NCBI GenBank assembly: GCA_963678065.2
Contig: CAXXVZ010000005.1
Coordinates: 768,001-832,000 of the forward strand
Source: Treponemataceae bacterium
Lineage (GTDB): Bacteria; Spirochaetota; Spirochaetia; Treponematales; Rectinemataceae
DNA: 64,000 nt
Reading direction: 5' to 3'
Made by a program: the position numbers and the translations under genes
In this document: positions 31,147 to 41,214 of the stretch, piece after piece
Layout of the letters: each line of letters starts with the position of its first letter
How positions within the stretch are numbered: the first letter of the stretch is position 1
Notes under the pieces: generated by a model
What the model was told of the DNA's origin: nothing
Database searches by the model: none
What the model saw: the letters and a program-made list of their open reading frames with translations, nothing else

Positions 31147-31278
31147 GTTAGTTGCAGTCGTGACCTTCGAGCGCGCTTGGATGGGGAGACTTGTCTCCCC
31201 ATCCAATGCTATATCTTGCGCGCGTTCTTCTCTTCCTCTTCTCTTACCCTTATTTTTTTTTTCACGATTGCAACTAAC
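31147..31278. other. ORF-less hairpin cassette copy 4
   Basis: Perfect 14-bp stem variant. Confidence 0.9.
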
Positions 31279-31482
31279 GTTCGCCTGCCTACGACGTTGT
31301 GGCGAGCATCGGCGAGCCACAATGTGCCTGAGCGGAACGAGCGCATGCGAGTGAAACGAAGGCCGAAGAAGGAGCCGCAGGCGACTGATGAGCGTGGGCA
31401 GTGCTGTTAGGCGAAGTATTGATTCCGTACTTTTTCAAATATCTTCGCGCCGAACGGCTGGAAGCCGAGGCGCGAAGATTCA

Positions 31483-32421
31483 TTATTTCATTAACCAATC
31501 ATTTAATTCTTTGATAAATTGCTTCATCGCTTCATCATCAAATGCAGGTGTATGCCCCATAGTATCTATGTACCTATATTCAAAGTTCGTGTTTTGTATA
31601 TTTTTTTGAAGATATTCTACAGACTCTACTGGACTGCTCCAATCAAGTCTACCTTGGTAAAACAGTACTGGAATTTTTATCGCTGAATAATACTCATATG
31701 GTCTATATTTAAAAAAACTGTTCCATCGTAAATATGACCATCCCATATATTGCTTTTCAATGGATTCTGGATAAGTGTTAATTTCGTTTACTATTTCATC
31801 GACTTTTTTGCATTCATCCCTATAATTCTCAGGCATTTCGATACTTGATTTTGCCAATATTCTAAAGCATTCGTATTGATCGAGCCCACCAGCTCCAATC
31901 ACTATTGCCTTTTTAATTCTATCTCTTTGGTTGAGTTCAGCATATACTTTTGGTAACAGTAAACCGCCTTCCGATGCCCCTATTATATAAACATTCTCAT
32001 ATTCACTATGTTTTGCTAAGTATGCATCTATACTTTTGCAATAGGACTTTACCAGATTATCAACAGTATAGTTTTTCAGGAAAGCCGAATCATTTGAATG
32101 ATTCTCCCCTATTCCAATAAATAGTTTTTCAGGAATAGCAATTCGGTATGTATGACCAAAATACTTTGAAATGAAGTATCCGAAATTGACTGAAATCCAT
32201 TTACCTTTTTGTTTTTCTCCTAATACTGAAGCAGTTCCACTTCCTTCAAGATAAATTAGTAGGTCTTTACTGTTTGCTCCAACTTGATAAAGATGCGTTT
32301 TATCATATTCTTCAATTTTCAAATTGCTATAGACGCTTTTTGTAGTAACACACGAACTAAGCAATAGAATACTCAAGATTACTGCACTAAAAACGAAGTT
32401 GAGCTGTTTATATGTCTTCAT
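31483..32421 (-). CDS. Putative lipoprotein alpha/beta hydrolase
   Basis: Lipobox LLSSC, GASEGG nucleophile elbow, QGRLD, MGH. Confidence 0.8.
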   Translation of the reverse strand: MKTYKQLNFVFSAVILSILLLSSCVTTKSVYSNLKIEEYDKTHLYQVGANSKDLLIYLEGSGTASVLGEKQKGKWISVNFGYFISKYFGHTYRIAIPEKLFIGIGENHSNDSAFLKNYTVDNLVKSYCKSIDAYLAKHSEYENVYIIGASEGGLLLPKVYAELNQRDRIKKAIVIGAGGLDQYECFRILAKSSIEMPENYRDECKKVDEIVNEINTYPESIEKQYMGWSYLRWNSFFKYRPYEYYSAIKIPVLFYQGRLDWSSPVESVEYLQKNIQNTNFEYRYIDTMGHTPAFDDEAMKQFIKELNDWLMK

Positions 32422-32691
32422 GATTTATAAACAATTATGTATTCGAATTGTTACTACAAATTGTTCGAGCCCGACGGCCGGAGGCCCGGGTGAGACCTAA
32501 AACACTTTAGCAAGGAATCAATATTTCGCCTAACGTTTGCCTGCCTACGACGTTGTGGCGAGCATCGGCGAGCCACAATGTGCCTGAGCGGAATGAGCGA
32601 CAGCGAGTGCAGCGATGGCCGAAGAAGGAGCCGAAGGCGACTGATGAGCGTGGGCAGTGCTGTTAGCCGAAGTACCAAACCTCTTACATTT

Positions 32692-33135
32692 TTACATTAT
32701 TTCTTTAAAGTCTATATGCTTATAATAAATACTATCTAGTGCCAGTTTTATTTCTTCTTTATCAAATACATTTTCCATAATCTTATTTTTTAGAATTCTC
32801 TCTATCACCTGTTTCAGATTTTTGAGATCTTCTTTGACTATTTCATACACGATATACATATCAATACCCATATAATTATGTACTACTTTATTTCTGAAGT
32901 TTTTTATTATCTGCCAATTGACCTCATTGTATTCACTTTTTATTTCTTTGGTTACCTTCGAAATCCCCTCTCCAATATTTGCCAACAAATTCAATGTTGC
33001 GTTAAAATTGAGTTGATCATTTTTACTATAAAAATCTTCTGGTCCACTTGTCCCTTTTGAATAGATTCCAATTTTTTCAATAGATTCCAGAATATTCAGT
33101 AAATACAACAGATCGTTTTTTTCATTCGGTAACAT
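32692..33135 (-). CDS. HepT/DUF86 HEPN ribonuclease
   Basis: IGE...W..I..FRNKVVHNY. Confidence 0.88.
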   Translation of the reverse strand: MLPNEKNDLLYLLNILESIEKIGIYSKGTSGPEDFYSKNDQLNFNATLNLLANIGEGISKVTKEIKSEYNEVNWQIIKNFRNKVVHNYMGIDMYIVYEIVKEDLKNLKQVIERILKNKIMENVFDKEEIKLALDSIYYKHIDFKEIM

Positions 33136-33418
33136 ACCGCATATCCTTCTGAGCCCTGTGCAGAATAATGGGATTTGCGTATTTTTTTAGTACCACATCA
33201 ATTCTAGTTTTAAACTCTTTTTCAAGTTCTGATTGAAGTTCAAGAAGTTTTTTATACTCCACAATATCTTCATCGATAAACAGGTCAATATCGTTGAATC
33301 GCTCACCGCGGGCAAATGATCCAAACACACCTATTTTCTTGAATCCATATTTCTTAAGAATGTTTTTATCACGAAGAGTCTTTTCAAATCCTTCGAACGT
33401 AGTGATGCCCATGTTCAT
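33122..33418 (-). CDS. MNT nucleotidyltransferase antitoxin
   Basis: GVFGSFARGE..NDIDL. Confidence 0.88.
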   Translation of the reverse strand: MNMGITTFEGFEKTLRDKNILKKYGFKKIGVFGSFARGERFNDIDLFIDEDIVEYKKLLELQSELEKEFKTRIDVVLKKYANPIILHRAQKDMRYVTE

Positions 33419-33659
33419 AGTATACCCAATCACCAGAGTGGCCACAAGATACTACAAAATCATGCATATTATTATATAGCAGTTATTTACTATATCTTGG
33501 TTTGGTATTTCGGCTAACGTTCGCCTGCCTACGACGTTGTGGCGAGCATCGGCGAGCCACAATGTGCCTGAGCGGAACGAGCGCATGCGAGTGCAGCGAT
33601 GGCCGAAGAAGGAGCCGACAGGCGACTGATGAGCGTGGGCAGTGCTGTTAGGTGAAGTG

Positions 33660-34001
33660 TTAGGGGCGACACTTCTCTACCAAATTTTCTATCTTTTTCT
33701 TAAGCTCGGGGATCTTTGAAACAGCAACGTCCCATACCAAGGAATAATCAACCGAAAAATAGCCATGTATTAGCTTGTCTCTCATCCCTGCCATATTTCT
33801 CCATTCTATTTCTTTGTTATTTAGTACTATTTCATTACTCAGGTTTTTGACTGCTTCTCCAATAATTTCCAAACATCGGGCAAAAGCCCGTTTCAATGTT
33901 TCATTTTTCAAAAACTCTTCTTTCGTTATTCCTTGCGTATGTTCTACCATAAAATCCATTTCATCTTGTATATGGAAAAGTAATTCTATGTCAGAACGCA
34001 T
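33660..34001 (-). CDS. HepT/DUF86 HEPN ribonuclease
   Basis: LEIIGEAVK...GMRDKLIHGYF. Confidence 0.9.
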   Translation of the reverse strand: MRSDIELLFHIQDEMDFMVEHTQGITKEEFLKNETLKRAFARCLEIIGEAVKNLSNEIVLNNKEIEWRNMAGMRDKLIHGYFSVDYSLVWDVAVSKIPELKKKIENLVEKCRP

Positions 34002-34296
34002 AATATTCTACCTCATTCAATATATGAGGTCCAATATACGGACTCAATGATTCTGGTGTTATCACATCCACTTTTCTATTCGTATTATCCTCTATAAAAT
34101 ACGTTAATCCTATATAGTTATCATAATTCTTCTTTTCAGGATCAAATTCCACAAGAAGATCTATATCACTTTTTTCTTTTTGGTCATTTCTGACAAAAGA
34201 GCCAAATAGACCGATCTTAGTAACTCCATATCTTTTAATGAGATATTTATTGTCGATGAAAAAGTCTATCAAGTCTTTTTTTGTTGCTACAGTCAT
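33991..34296 (-). CDS. MNT nucleotidyltransferase antitoxin
   Basis: GLFGSFVRN...SDIDLLVEF. Confidence 0.9.
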   Translation of the reverse strand: MTVATKKDLIDFFIDNKYLIKRYGVTKIGLFGSFVRNDQKEKSDIDLLVEFDPEKKNYDNYIGLTYFIEDNTNRKVDVITPESLSPYIGPHILNEVEYYAF

Positions 34297-34600
34297 GATA
34301 ATCCGTATTCTAGCCTAGATTTTCCAGAAAGACAAACCCTTTACTCCACGATCTTCGCCCCTAACATTTCACCTAACGTTTGTGCCTACGACGTTTTGGC
34401 CCGCATCGGCGGGACAAAATGTGCCTGAATGGAACGAGCGTATGCGAGTGGAATGAAGGCCGAAGAAGGAGCCACAGGCGACTGATGAGCGTGGGCACGG
34501 TGTTATCTGATTTTTGAACGCGCTCTTCTCTTCCATCTTCCCATTTTTAAAACTTTTCTTCCTCTTCATTTCTTCATTTTAAAATTTTGAATTCCTATCT

Positions 34601-35146
34601 TCATTTCCTATTTTTAACCCATTCTTCTTTTATAATTCCAAATACCATATCGTCTTTCCATTCATTTTGTATCAAAATACTTTTTACAAAGTATCCTTCA
34701 TTTCTGAACCCAAGATCTTTCAATAATCGTATTGACGATGTATTTTCAGGATCCACCGATGTAATAACCCTATGTTTTTTCATTGATGTAAATATATAGT
34801 CAATTATTGCCTCAACTGATTCTTTCCCGAATCCCTTATGTTGATCCTTTCTCCCTATTGTATACCCAATCTCACATTGTTGATTTTCCGGATCCAAGAA
34901 ATGAATTCCAATATCCCCAATAATTGTATCTTCACAATAGATTCCAATTTGAAACCATGTATTCACAACATTGAAGAATAGAGAATTATTTTTAATAAAT
35001 ATTTTGACATCATCGATAGTCGTAGGTTTGAAGGACTGAAACTCCATAATTGAAGGATCAGATCGGTATTCAAACATTTTCAGAGAATCTTCCAGAACAA
35101 TATCTTTCAAAACCAAACGATTTGTTCGAATGTTAATATAACCCAT
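34601..35146 (-). CDS. RimJ/RimL GNAT, paralogue 1 (ISL3 inserted just upstream)
   Basis: TNRLVL, EIGY, KGFG.E, N..SIRLL..LGF..EG. Confidence 0.87.
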   Translation of the reverse strand: MGYINIRTNRLVLKDIVLEDSLKMFEYRSDPSIMEFQSFKPTTIDDVKIFIKNNSLFFNVVNTWFQIGIYCEDTIIGDIGIHFLDPENQQCEIGYTIGRKDQHKGFGKESVEAIIDYIFTSMKKHRVITSVDPENTSSIRLLKDLGFRNEGYFVKSILIQNEWKDDMVFGIIKEEWVKNRK

Positions 35147-35157
35147 TGTCTTTTTCC

Positions 35158-36431
35158 GGCTCTTCGCTGTTTCATGTGGGTAACTGCCCCAGTTTACCGG
35201 CGACAATGTAGGTCATGATCTTGAGATTTTTGATAGTTCGGAATCCTCTGGCTCTGGTCTTTGCTGACTGAATCAGACTATTCAACGATTCAAGAAGCCC
35301 ATTTGTCACTCCGGATGTAAGCCACCGAACGACTCCATTCCAGTGTCGTTTGAGCATCGCAGCAAAATTGATGATTGGGGTAAGCTGTGATCGTGTTGCC
35401 CATACTCTCCATTTTTTAAGTTCTTCTATGGCTCGAGAAGCCGAGAATTCGAAAAGTCCCTTGAAAATGTTCATCATTCGCCATGCTCGCCCTGTTTTTA
35501 ACTGTAATCCTGACAAGGTGTTGAGACGGGCCAAATTCTTAACCGACAGATTGTAGGGGTTGCTCAACCAGACATATTTCGAACCTCTGAGTACCGTTTC
35601 CATCGTTGATTCTTCTTTCCGCACGTCGTTGACTGCTTCACCCAGAAGCTTCATGACATGAAACCGATCAAACGTGAGAGCAGCCTGGGGAAGATGCTCT
35701 TCGATCCCGGACATGAACGCCGGCGACATATCGGTACAGACCGTCCGTGATAGCAGTTTTCGAGCCTCCATGGGCTTCCAGATGCTCTGTAAAGGCTTTT
35801 ATAGTGGATGCATCCTTGCCTTCGGTCACATATATGGCTTTCCCTGTATCGAGATCGGCCACAACGGTGATGTATGAGTGTCCGCGTTTGGCTGCTGTTT
35901 CGTCGATTCCGATTCGTGTGGTTTTCGATAAATCTTGTGTAGCCACGTCTTCGGAAACATAATGGTCCATAATTCGCCACACTCGCGTATCGGTGGTAGC
36001 TGTCAGTCTGGAAACTGCCTTGACGCTCATTTCCTTGACCATGATCATCATGAGGGCTTCGTACAGCAGGGTAAATCCCGATCCTTTACGCGCCCACGGG
36101 ATATCAATCAGATGAACGCCATGCTCAGGACAGTCTATCCGCGGAACTCGTGCATGCAGATAGGCTTCATGCTGGAAAAAATTGAGGTGACGCCATGTTT
36201 TGGGCATCGTATCGTAGGCTGTACCCTTGTAATCGCAGGAAAAACACGGAAAACGACTCCCGGGCTTGAACCCAAGCTGTATATCAAGCCGATGTTCTGT
36301 TGGTTTGAACTCTATGTTCTCAACAATCCAGGGTTCAGATAATCCAAGCGCAAGGGCGAATAGTTCTACGTCTTTCATGCTGCTCATCCTACCATGCTTC
36401 CTTGGTTACCCACACGATTCGTTGAAGAGCC
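35158..36431 (-). mobile_element. ISL3-family IS, copy 2
   Basis: Same element as copy 1, 8-bp DR CTTTTTCC. Confidence 0.92.
35172..36387 (-). pseudogene. ISL3 transposase with the same frameshift as copy 1
   Basis: ORFs 35668-36387 and 35172-35771. Confidence 0.85.
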
Positions 36432-36588
36432 CTTTTTCCTGATCTCGCGCGTTCAAATTTCAGATAACGTTTTGTGCCTACGACGTTTTGGCCCGCATCG
36501 GCGGGACAAAATGTGCCTGAGTGAAGTGAGCGCATGCGAGCGCAACGAAGGCCGAAGAGCCCGAACGGGCGATGAGCGTGGGCACGGT

Positions 36589-36726
36589 GTTAGCTACAGT
36601 CGTGTTCTTCAGCGCGCTTTGATTTTCGGACTGGATGTCCGAAAATCAAATCAGTGACATCTTGCGCGCCTCTTACTCTTCTCTTAACCCTTATTTCTTT
36701 CTTCTCTTTACACGATTGTAGCTAAC
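36589..36726. other. Divergent ORF-less hairpin cassette, variant 2
   Basis: GCGCGC-TTTGATTTTCGGAC-TGGAT-GTCCGAAAATCAAA-13nt-GCGCGC followed by a pyrimidine tract. Confidence 0.88.
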
Positions 36727-36852
36727 GTTCTGCCTGTTTGCGACGATGGCGTGAGCATCGGCGAACGCCATTGTGCCTGAGCGGAATGAGCGTTAGCGAG
36801 TGCAGCGAATGGCCGAAGAGGGAGCTTGCGACCGATGAGCGTGAACAGCGCT

Positions 36853-36986
36853 GTTAGTTGCAGTCGTGACCTTCGAGCGCGCTTGGATGGGGAGACTTGT
36901 CTCCTCATCCAATACTCTATCTTGCGCGCGTTCTTCTCTTCCTCTTCTCTTAACCCTTATTTTTTTCTTTCACGATTGCAACTAAC
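36853..36986. other. ORF-less hairpin cassette copy 5
   Basis: Near-identical to copy 1. Confidence 0.9.
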
Positions 36987-37543
36987 GTTCGCCTGCCTAC
37001 GACGTTGTGGCGAGCATCGGCGAGCCACAATGTGCCTGAATGGAACGAGCGTGAGCGAGTGCAATGAAGGCCGAAGAAGGAGCCGACAGGCGACTGATGA
37101 GCGTGGGCAGTGCTGTTATATGCTGTACGCCGCCATCTTCAACCTTTTCCATTTTTCTTTCTCTTCACTGCTTCATACGTTCCTTTTTTTGGGTTTCCTA
37201 TTGTTTTTATTGATCTATTCAATACTCGCAAAGCTATTTTTTTACCATTTCAAAATCATTTTTTTGCCGTACATATTTGCTACTATACCTAAGGACATTT
37301 TACATGCCATGCTTCAACTTCATTATGCCATTACGATTATACTGAGATCGTATTCCTAACCATGACAAAATGGAATATTTTGAGTATGCATATTTTTTCT
37401 ATTCCACAATTCTTATTCATGGACTTATGATTCACTATTCTGAACCTCTTATTTTTTGTCAGTACCCCAGATTCACCGTTACTGCATTTATTCCCGTACT
37501 ATGATACTTTTTATTAATGACGGTACAATGGTAATTGTTCCCT

Positions 37544-37879
37544 CTATACCTTGTTTCGTTTCACTTTTTTGGGCTTCGGTTCGGGTAATTCATTGGCGGT
37601 TATCAGTATCAAATCTCGTATCCATTCCCTATCGTCAAATTTGTCTTTTATCAGAAAACTCATTCGTGCTCCTACATATGCAGGAGCTTCCGTTACATCC
37701 CCAATATAGGATCTCCCTTTTTCGGTAGGTTTTACATACAGTTGATTATCACAGATAAGGGCTACTACTTTACCATTACAATACAGTGCATATTCTCCAA
37801 ACATTTTTCGGTAGGTAATTGTCCCAGCACTTTCTATTTGATCAACAATATACTCAACAAAGTCTTGATCAGATGACAT
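37544..37879 (-). CDS. TfoX/Sxy N-terminal domain protein
   Basis: RKMFGEYALY..GK..ALICDNQLYVKPT. Confidence 0.88.
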   Translation of the reverse strand: MSSDQDFVEYIVDQIESAGTITYRKMFGEYALYCNGKVVALICDNQLYVKPTEKGRSYIGDVTEAPAYVGARMSFLIKDKFDDREWIRDLILITANELPEPKPKKVKRNKV

Positions 37880-38110
37880 TGGTATCCTCTCTTTTCTTTG
37901 GCGGCGTATTGCATATAACGTTTCCGGCCTGCGACGTTTGCGACCGCATCGGCGGGCCGCAAATGTGCCTGAATGGAACGAGCGTATGCGAGTGCAATGA
38001 AGGCCGAAGAAGGAGCCAAAGGCGACTGATGAGCGTGGGCCGTGTTGTTATCTGATGTTTGAACGCGCTCTCCTCTTCAATCTTCCCATTTTTAAAACCT
38101 TTCTTACTCT

Positions 38111-38692
38111 TCATTTCTTCATTTCAAAATTTTCAATTCCTATCTTCATTTCCTTATTTTTAACCCATTCTTCTTCCAAAATTCCAAATACCATATCGTC
38201 TTTCCACTCATTTTGTATCAAAATACTTTTTACAAAATATCCCTCATTTCTGAACCCAAGATTTTTCAATAATCGTATTGATGCTGTATTGTCTGGATCT
38301 ACTGACGCAATAACCCTGTGTTTTTTCAATGATATAAATATATAGTCAATTAGTGCTTGAACGGATTCTTTCCCAAATCCCTTATGGTGATCCTTTTTCC
38401 CTATTGTATAACCAATTTCACATTGTTGATTTTCTGGATCTATAAAATGAATCCCACTATCTCCAATAATTGTATCTTCATAATAGATCCCAAGCTGAAA
38501 CCAGGTATTTCCAACATTGAAGAATAATGTGTTATTTTTAATGAATGATTCCACATCATCAATGGATGTAGGTTTGAAGGACTGAAACTCCATAATTGAA
38601 GGGTCAGATCGGTATTCAAACATTTTCAGAGAATCTTCCAGAACTATATCTTTCAAAACCAAACGGTTAGTCCGAATGATAATATAACTCAT
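38111..38692 (-). CDS. RimJ/RimL GNAT, paralogue 2
   Basis: Closely similar to 34601-35146. Confidence 0.87.
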   Translation of the reverse strand: MSYIIIRTNRLVLKDIVLEDSLKMFEYRSDPSIMEFQSFKPTSIDDVESFIKNNTLFFNVGNTWFQLGIYYEDTIIGDSGIHFIDPENQQCEIGYTIGKKDHHKGFGKESVQALIDYIFISLKKHRVIASVDPDNTASIRLLKNLGFRNEGYFVKSILIQNEWKDDMVFGILEEEWVKNKEMKIGIENFEMKK

Positions 38693-39554
38693 TGTCTTTT
38701 CCCTGATCTCGCGCGTTCAAATTTCAGATAACGTTTGCCTGCCTACGACGTTTTGGCCCGCATCGGCGGGACAAAATGTGCCTGAGCGGAATGAGCGCAA
38801 GCGAGTGAAGCGAATGGCCGAAGAAGGAGCCGAAGGCGACTGATGAGCGCGGGCAGCGCTGTTAGCCGAAGTACCTTGGTTTCAAGGTAGTATGCCGGTT
38901 TTTAACGTTATTAATTTGTTAAATCCAGCAAGGATAAGTCATATTTTGCTAATGCACTATAATAACTCATTCTTCCACTTTTTCTATATTCAGTATCATC
39001 TTCAAAAATATCATCATATATTTGCATATAAATATTTTTCTCTTTTTTGACACCAATTTTTTGATAATAATCAGCATAATATTTTACACGAATTAAATAT
39101 TCACTACCTAATTCATTATAGATATTACCAAGATCTTGAATATTTATTGCCAATACAGCAAGATTTGATAAATTTGTTTTTCCATCTGTAGCACTTTCAA
39201 GCAAATATTCTTTAAACTGTTTCGTATTACTTGTTTTACTATAATATGGTTCCATATTTTTAATAACTTTCCCTAAGTTTGTTTTAAAATCTTTAGCGAT
39301 ATTTATCCTAATTAAAATATCATCATATGCTTGCCTAGATAATGAGATATGCTCAATTGTTTTTGATTTCGATATTTCATTAAAAACTAACTTCGCTAAA
39401 CTACCAATTGCTGCAGGTAAAAATTGTACTAATACATCATTTTGAGTATACGCCTTATCAGCATTATTAAAAAGAGGGAGAATTAAACTTGTAGCGCTGC
39501 CAATTAGCAATGAAACATCACCTAATCTATCGTAATTATTTCTTATTAATTCAC

Positions 39555-40949
39555 GAGGCTCTTTCAAAAGTCATGAGATGAACGAATTTTAATGAAAAGC
39601 GGGGACAGAACCTGTATGATGATGTTGCAACACAAACGTCACCAGGAGGAGCCCCCGCTGATGAAAACCATACCAGAAATACTGGGCGGAGCGCAAATAC
39701 TTTTGCCGATTTCCTACGATATCCAGCGATGTTTCGAAGAATATCTCACCGACGAGCATCGCTTTTTTATCGCCCTGCTCAGAGTCATTGAAGATGCTCA
39801 GCCACGGATTACATCACCATGTGCACGGACTGGCCGTCCTCCACATCGGAACGAACCGATCATGCGGGCGTTTTTCGCCCGAACGGTATTCCACATAGCG
39901 ACAGTCACGGACCTTAGGAACAGGCTGATCAACGATCCGAATCTGCGGAGGATATGCGGCTTCACCTCCGTTCCAAGCTCTGCGACCTTTTCGCGTCGCT
40001 ACGCGGAGTTTTCAAAAAAGACTCCGCTGATTCAGACTTTGAATACCATGGTGAAGGATTGTCATGACGGCCATATCGTCGGACACATAAATCGGGATGC
40101 GACGGAGATACGAGCACGAGAAAAACCTGTACCTGCCAAACGTGAAGCTGTTTCTTCCGTGACACCGCAACGGAAACGAGGTCGTCCCCGAAAAGGAGAA
40201 GTTCGGCCTGTGAAGGAGCCGACACAGATAGAAAAGCAAGTCGGCCAAAGCGTCAGGAAATCCTTGTCAGAACTATCCAAAGACTGTGCATGGGGATGCA
40301 AGAAGAACAGCCAGGGGAATAGGGAAACATGGAAAGGATACAAGTTGCACCTTGATGTCAGCGACACAGGATTCCCTATTTCAGCAGTCGTAACCGGCGC
40401 CAATGTTCATGATTCGCAAGTAGCGATTCCTCTGGAAAAGATAACAGAGAAAAAGGTCCGACATCTGTATTCAGTCATGGACGCTGCATACGATGCGGAT
40501 CCCATCGCGACCTATATCCAGGGACGTGGGCGTGTTCCGCTGATTGATCGGAATACGCGTCGTGGGACGGAACGGGAACCATTTTCGCCGTCACAGAAGG
40601 AGCGGTACACAATCAGGACAACGGTTGAACGTGCAAACTCGCATTTGAAGGATTGGCTCATACCGGGTCAGATATTTGTACGGGGATTTGAGAAAGTATC
40701 ATTCCTGCTCATGTGCGGGGTAGTGGTTCTGGCGGCCGTCAAGGCTTTGCAGTACTTCATCCTTCCCGAACTGCAGAAATCGTAACCGGGCAATCCGGCA
40801 GAACCGGATTTTGTAGGGGTAGTCCATCTTTTGCACTGAAAAGAGAGCCCTTTTTACTGCACATGTAATTTTTACTGTGCAAAAACGAAGCTTCAGTTAC
40901 AATAACTCGCTTTTTTACAAAGCGGATTACGAAGTTTTGAAAAAGCCTC
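39555..40949 (+). mobile_element. IS5/IS1182-like IS, copy 2
   Basis: Same TIRs as copy 1, DR TCAC. Confidence 0.9.
39661..40785 (+). CDS. DDE transposase (IS5/IS1182-like)
   Basis: Identical protein to copy 1, AGGAGG RBS. Confidence 0.88.
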   Translation: MKTIPEILGGAQILLPISYDIQRCFEEYLTDEHRFFIALLRVIEDAQPRITSPCARTGRPPHRNEPIMRAFFARTVFHIATVTDLRNRLINDPNLRRICGFTSVPSSATFSRRYAEFSKKTPLIQTLNTMVKDCHDGHIVGHINRDATEIRAREKPVPAKREAVSSVTPQRKRGRPRKGEVRPVKEPTQIEKQVGQSVRKSLSELSKDCAWGCKKNSQGNRETWKGYKLHLDVSDTGFPISAVVTGANVHDSQVAIPLEKITEKKVRHLYSVMDAAYDADPIATYIQGRGRVPLIDRNTRRGTEREPFSPSQKERYTIRTTVERANSHLKDWLIPGQIFVRGFEKVSFLLMCGVVVLAAVKALQYFILPELQKS

Positions 40950-41214
40950 TCACTATTAAATATATTGAGCTCTTTATTTAGAGCTATTTCGTAAGAGCCA
41001 TATCGAAAACCATCGTAAACTCCAACGAGGTAATTATTAGTATTAGTTATTAAATCTTTTAATAACTCAATTTTTTCTCCTTTCGCTTTTGCATTTCTTG
41101 CCAAATCGAACCACTCACTATACGATTGTACATTTGAAAATTTTATTTTTGGAAATGTTGTTGGAATAACATTTTCAGAAACTATTGTAAAACAAAATAA
41201 GAACAACATAGTAG

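Larger units (their letters stand above)
38911..41214 (-). pseudogene. Hypothetical protein split by the IS5-like element and 5'-truncated by IS1634
   Basis: ...LNIFNSE|LIRNNYDRL... rejoins after removing the IS and one TCAC repeat. Confidence 0.7.
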
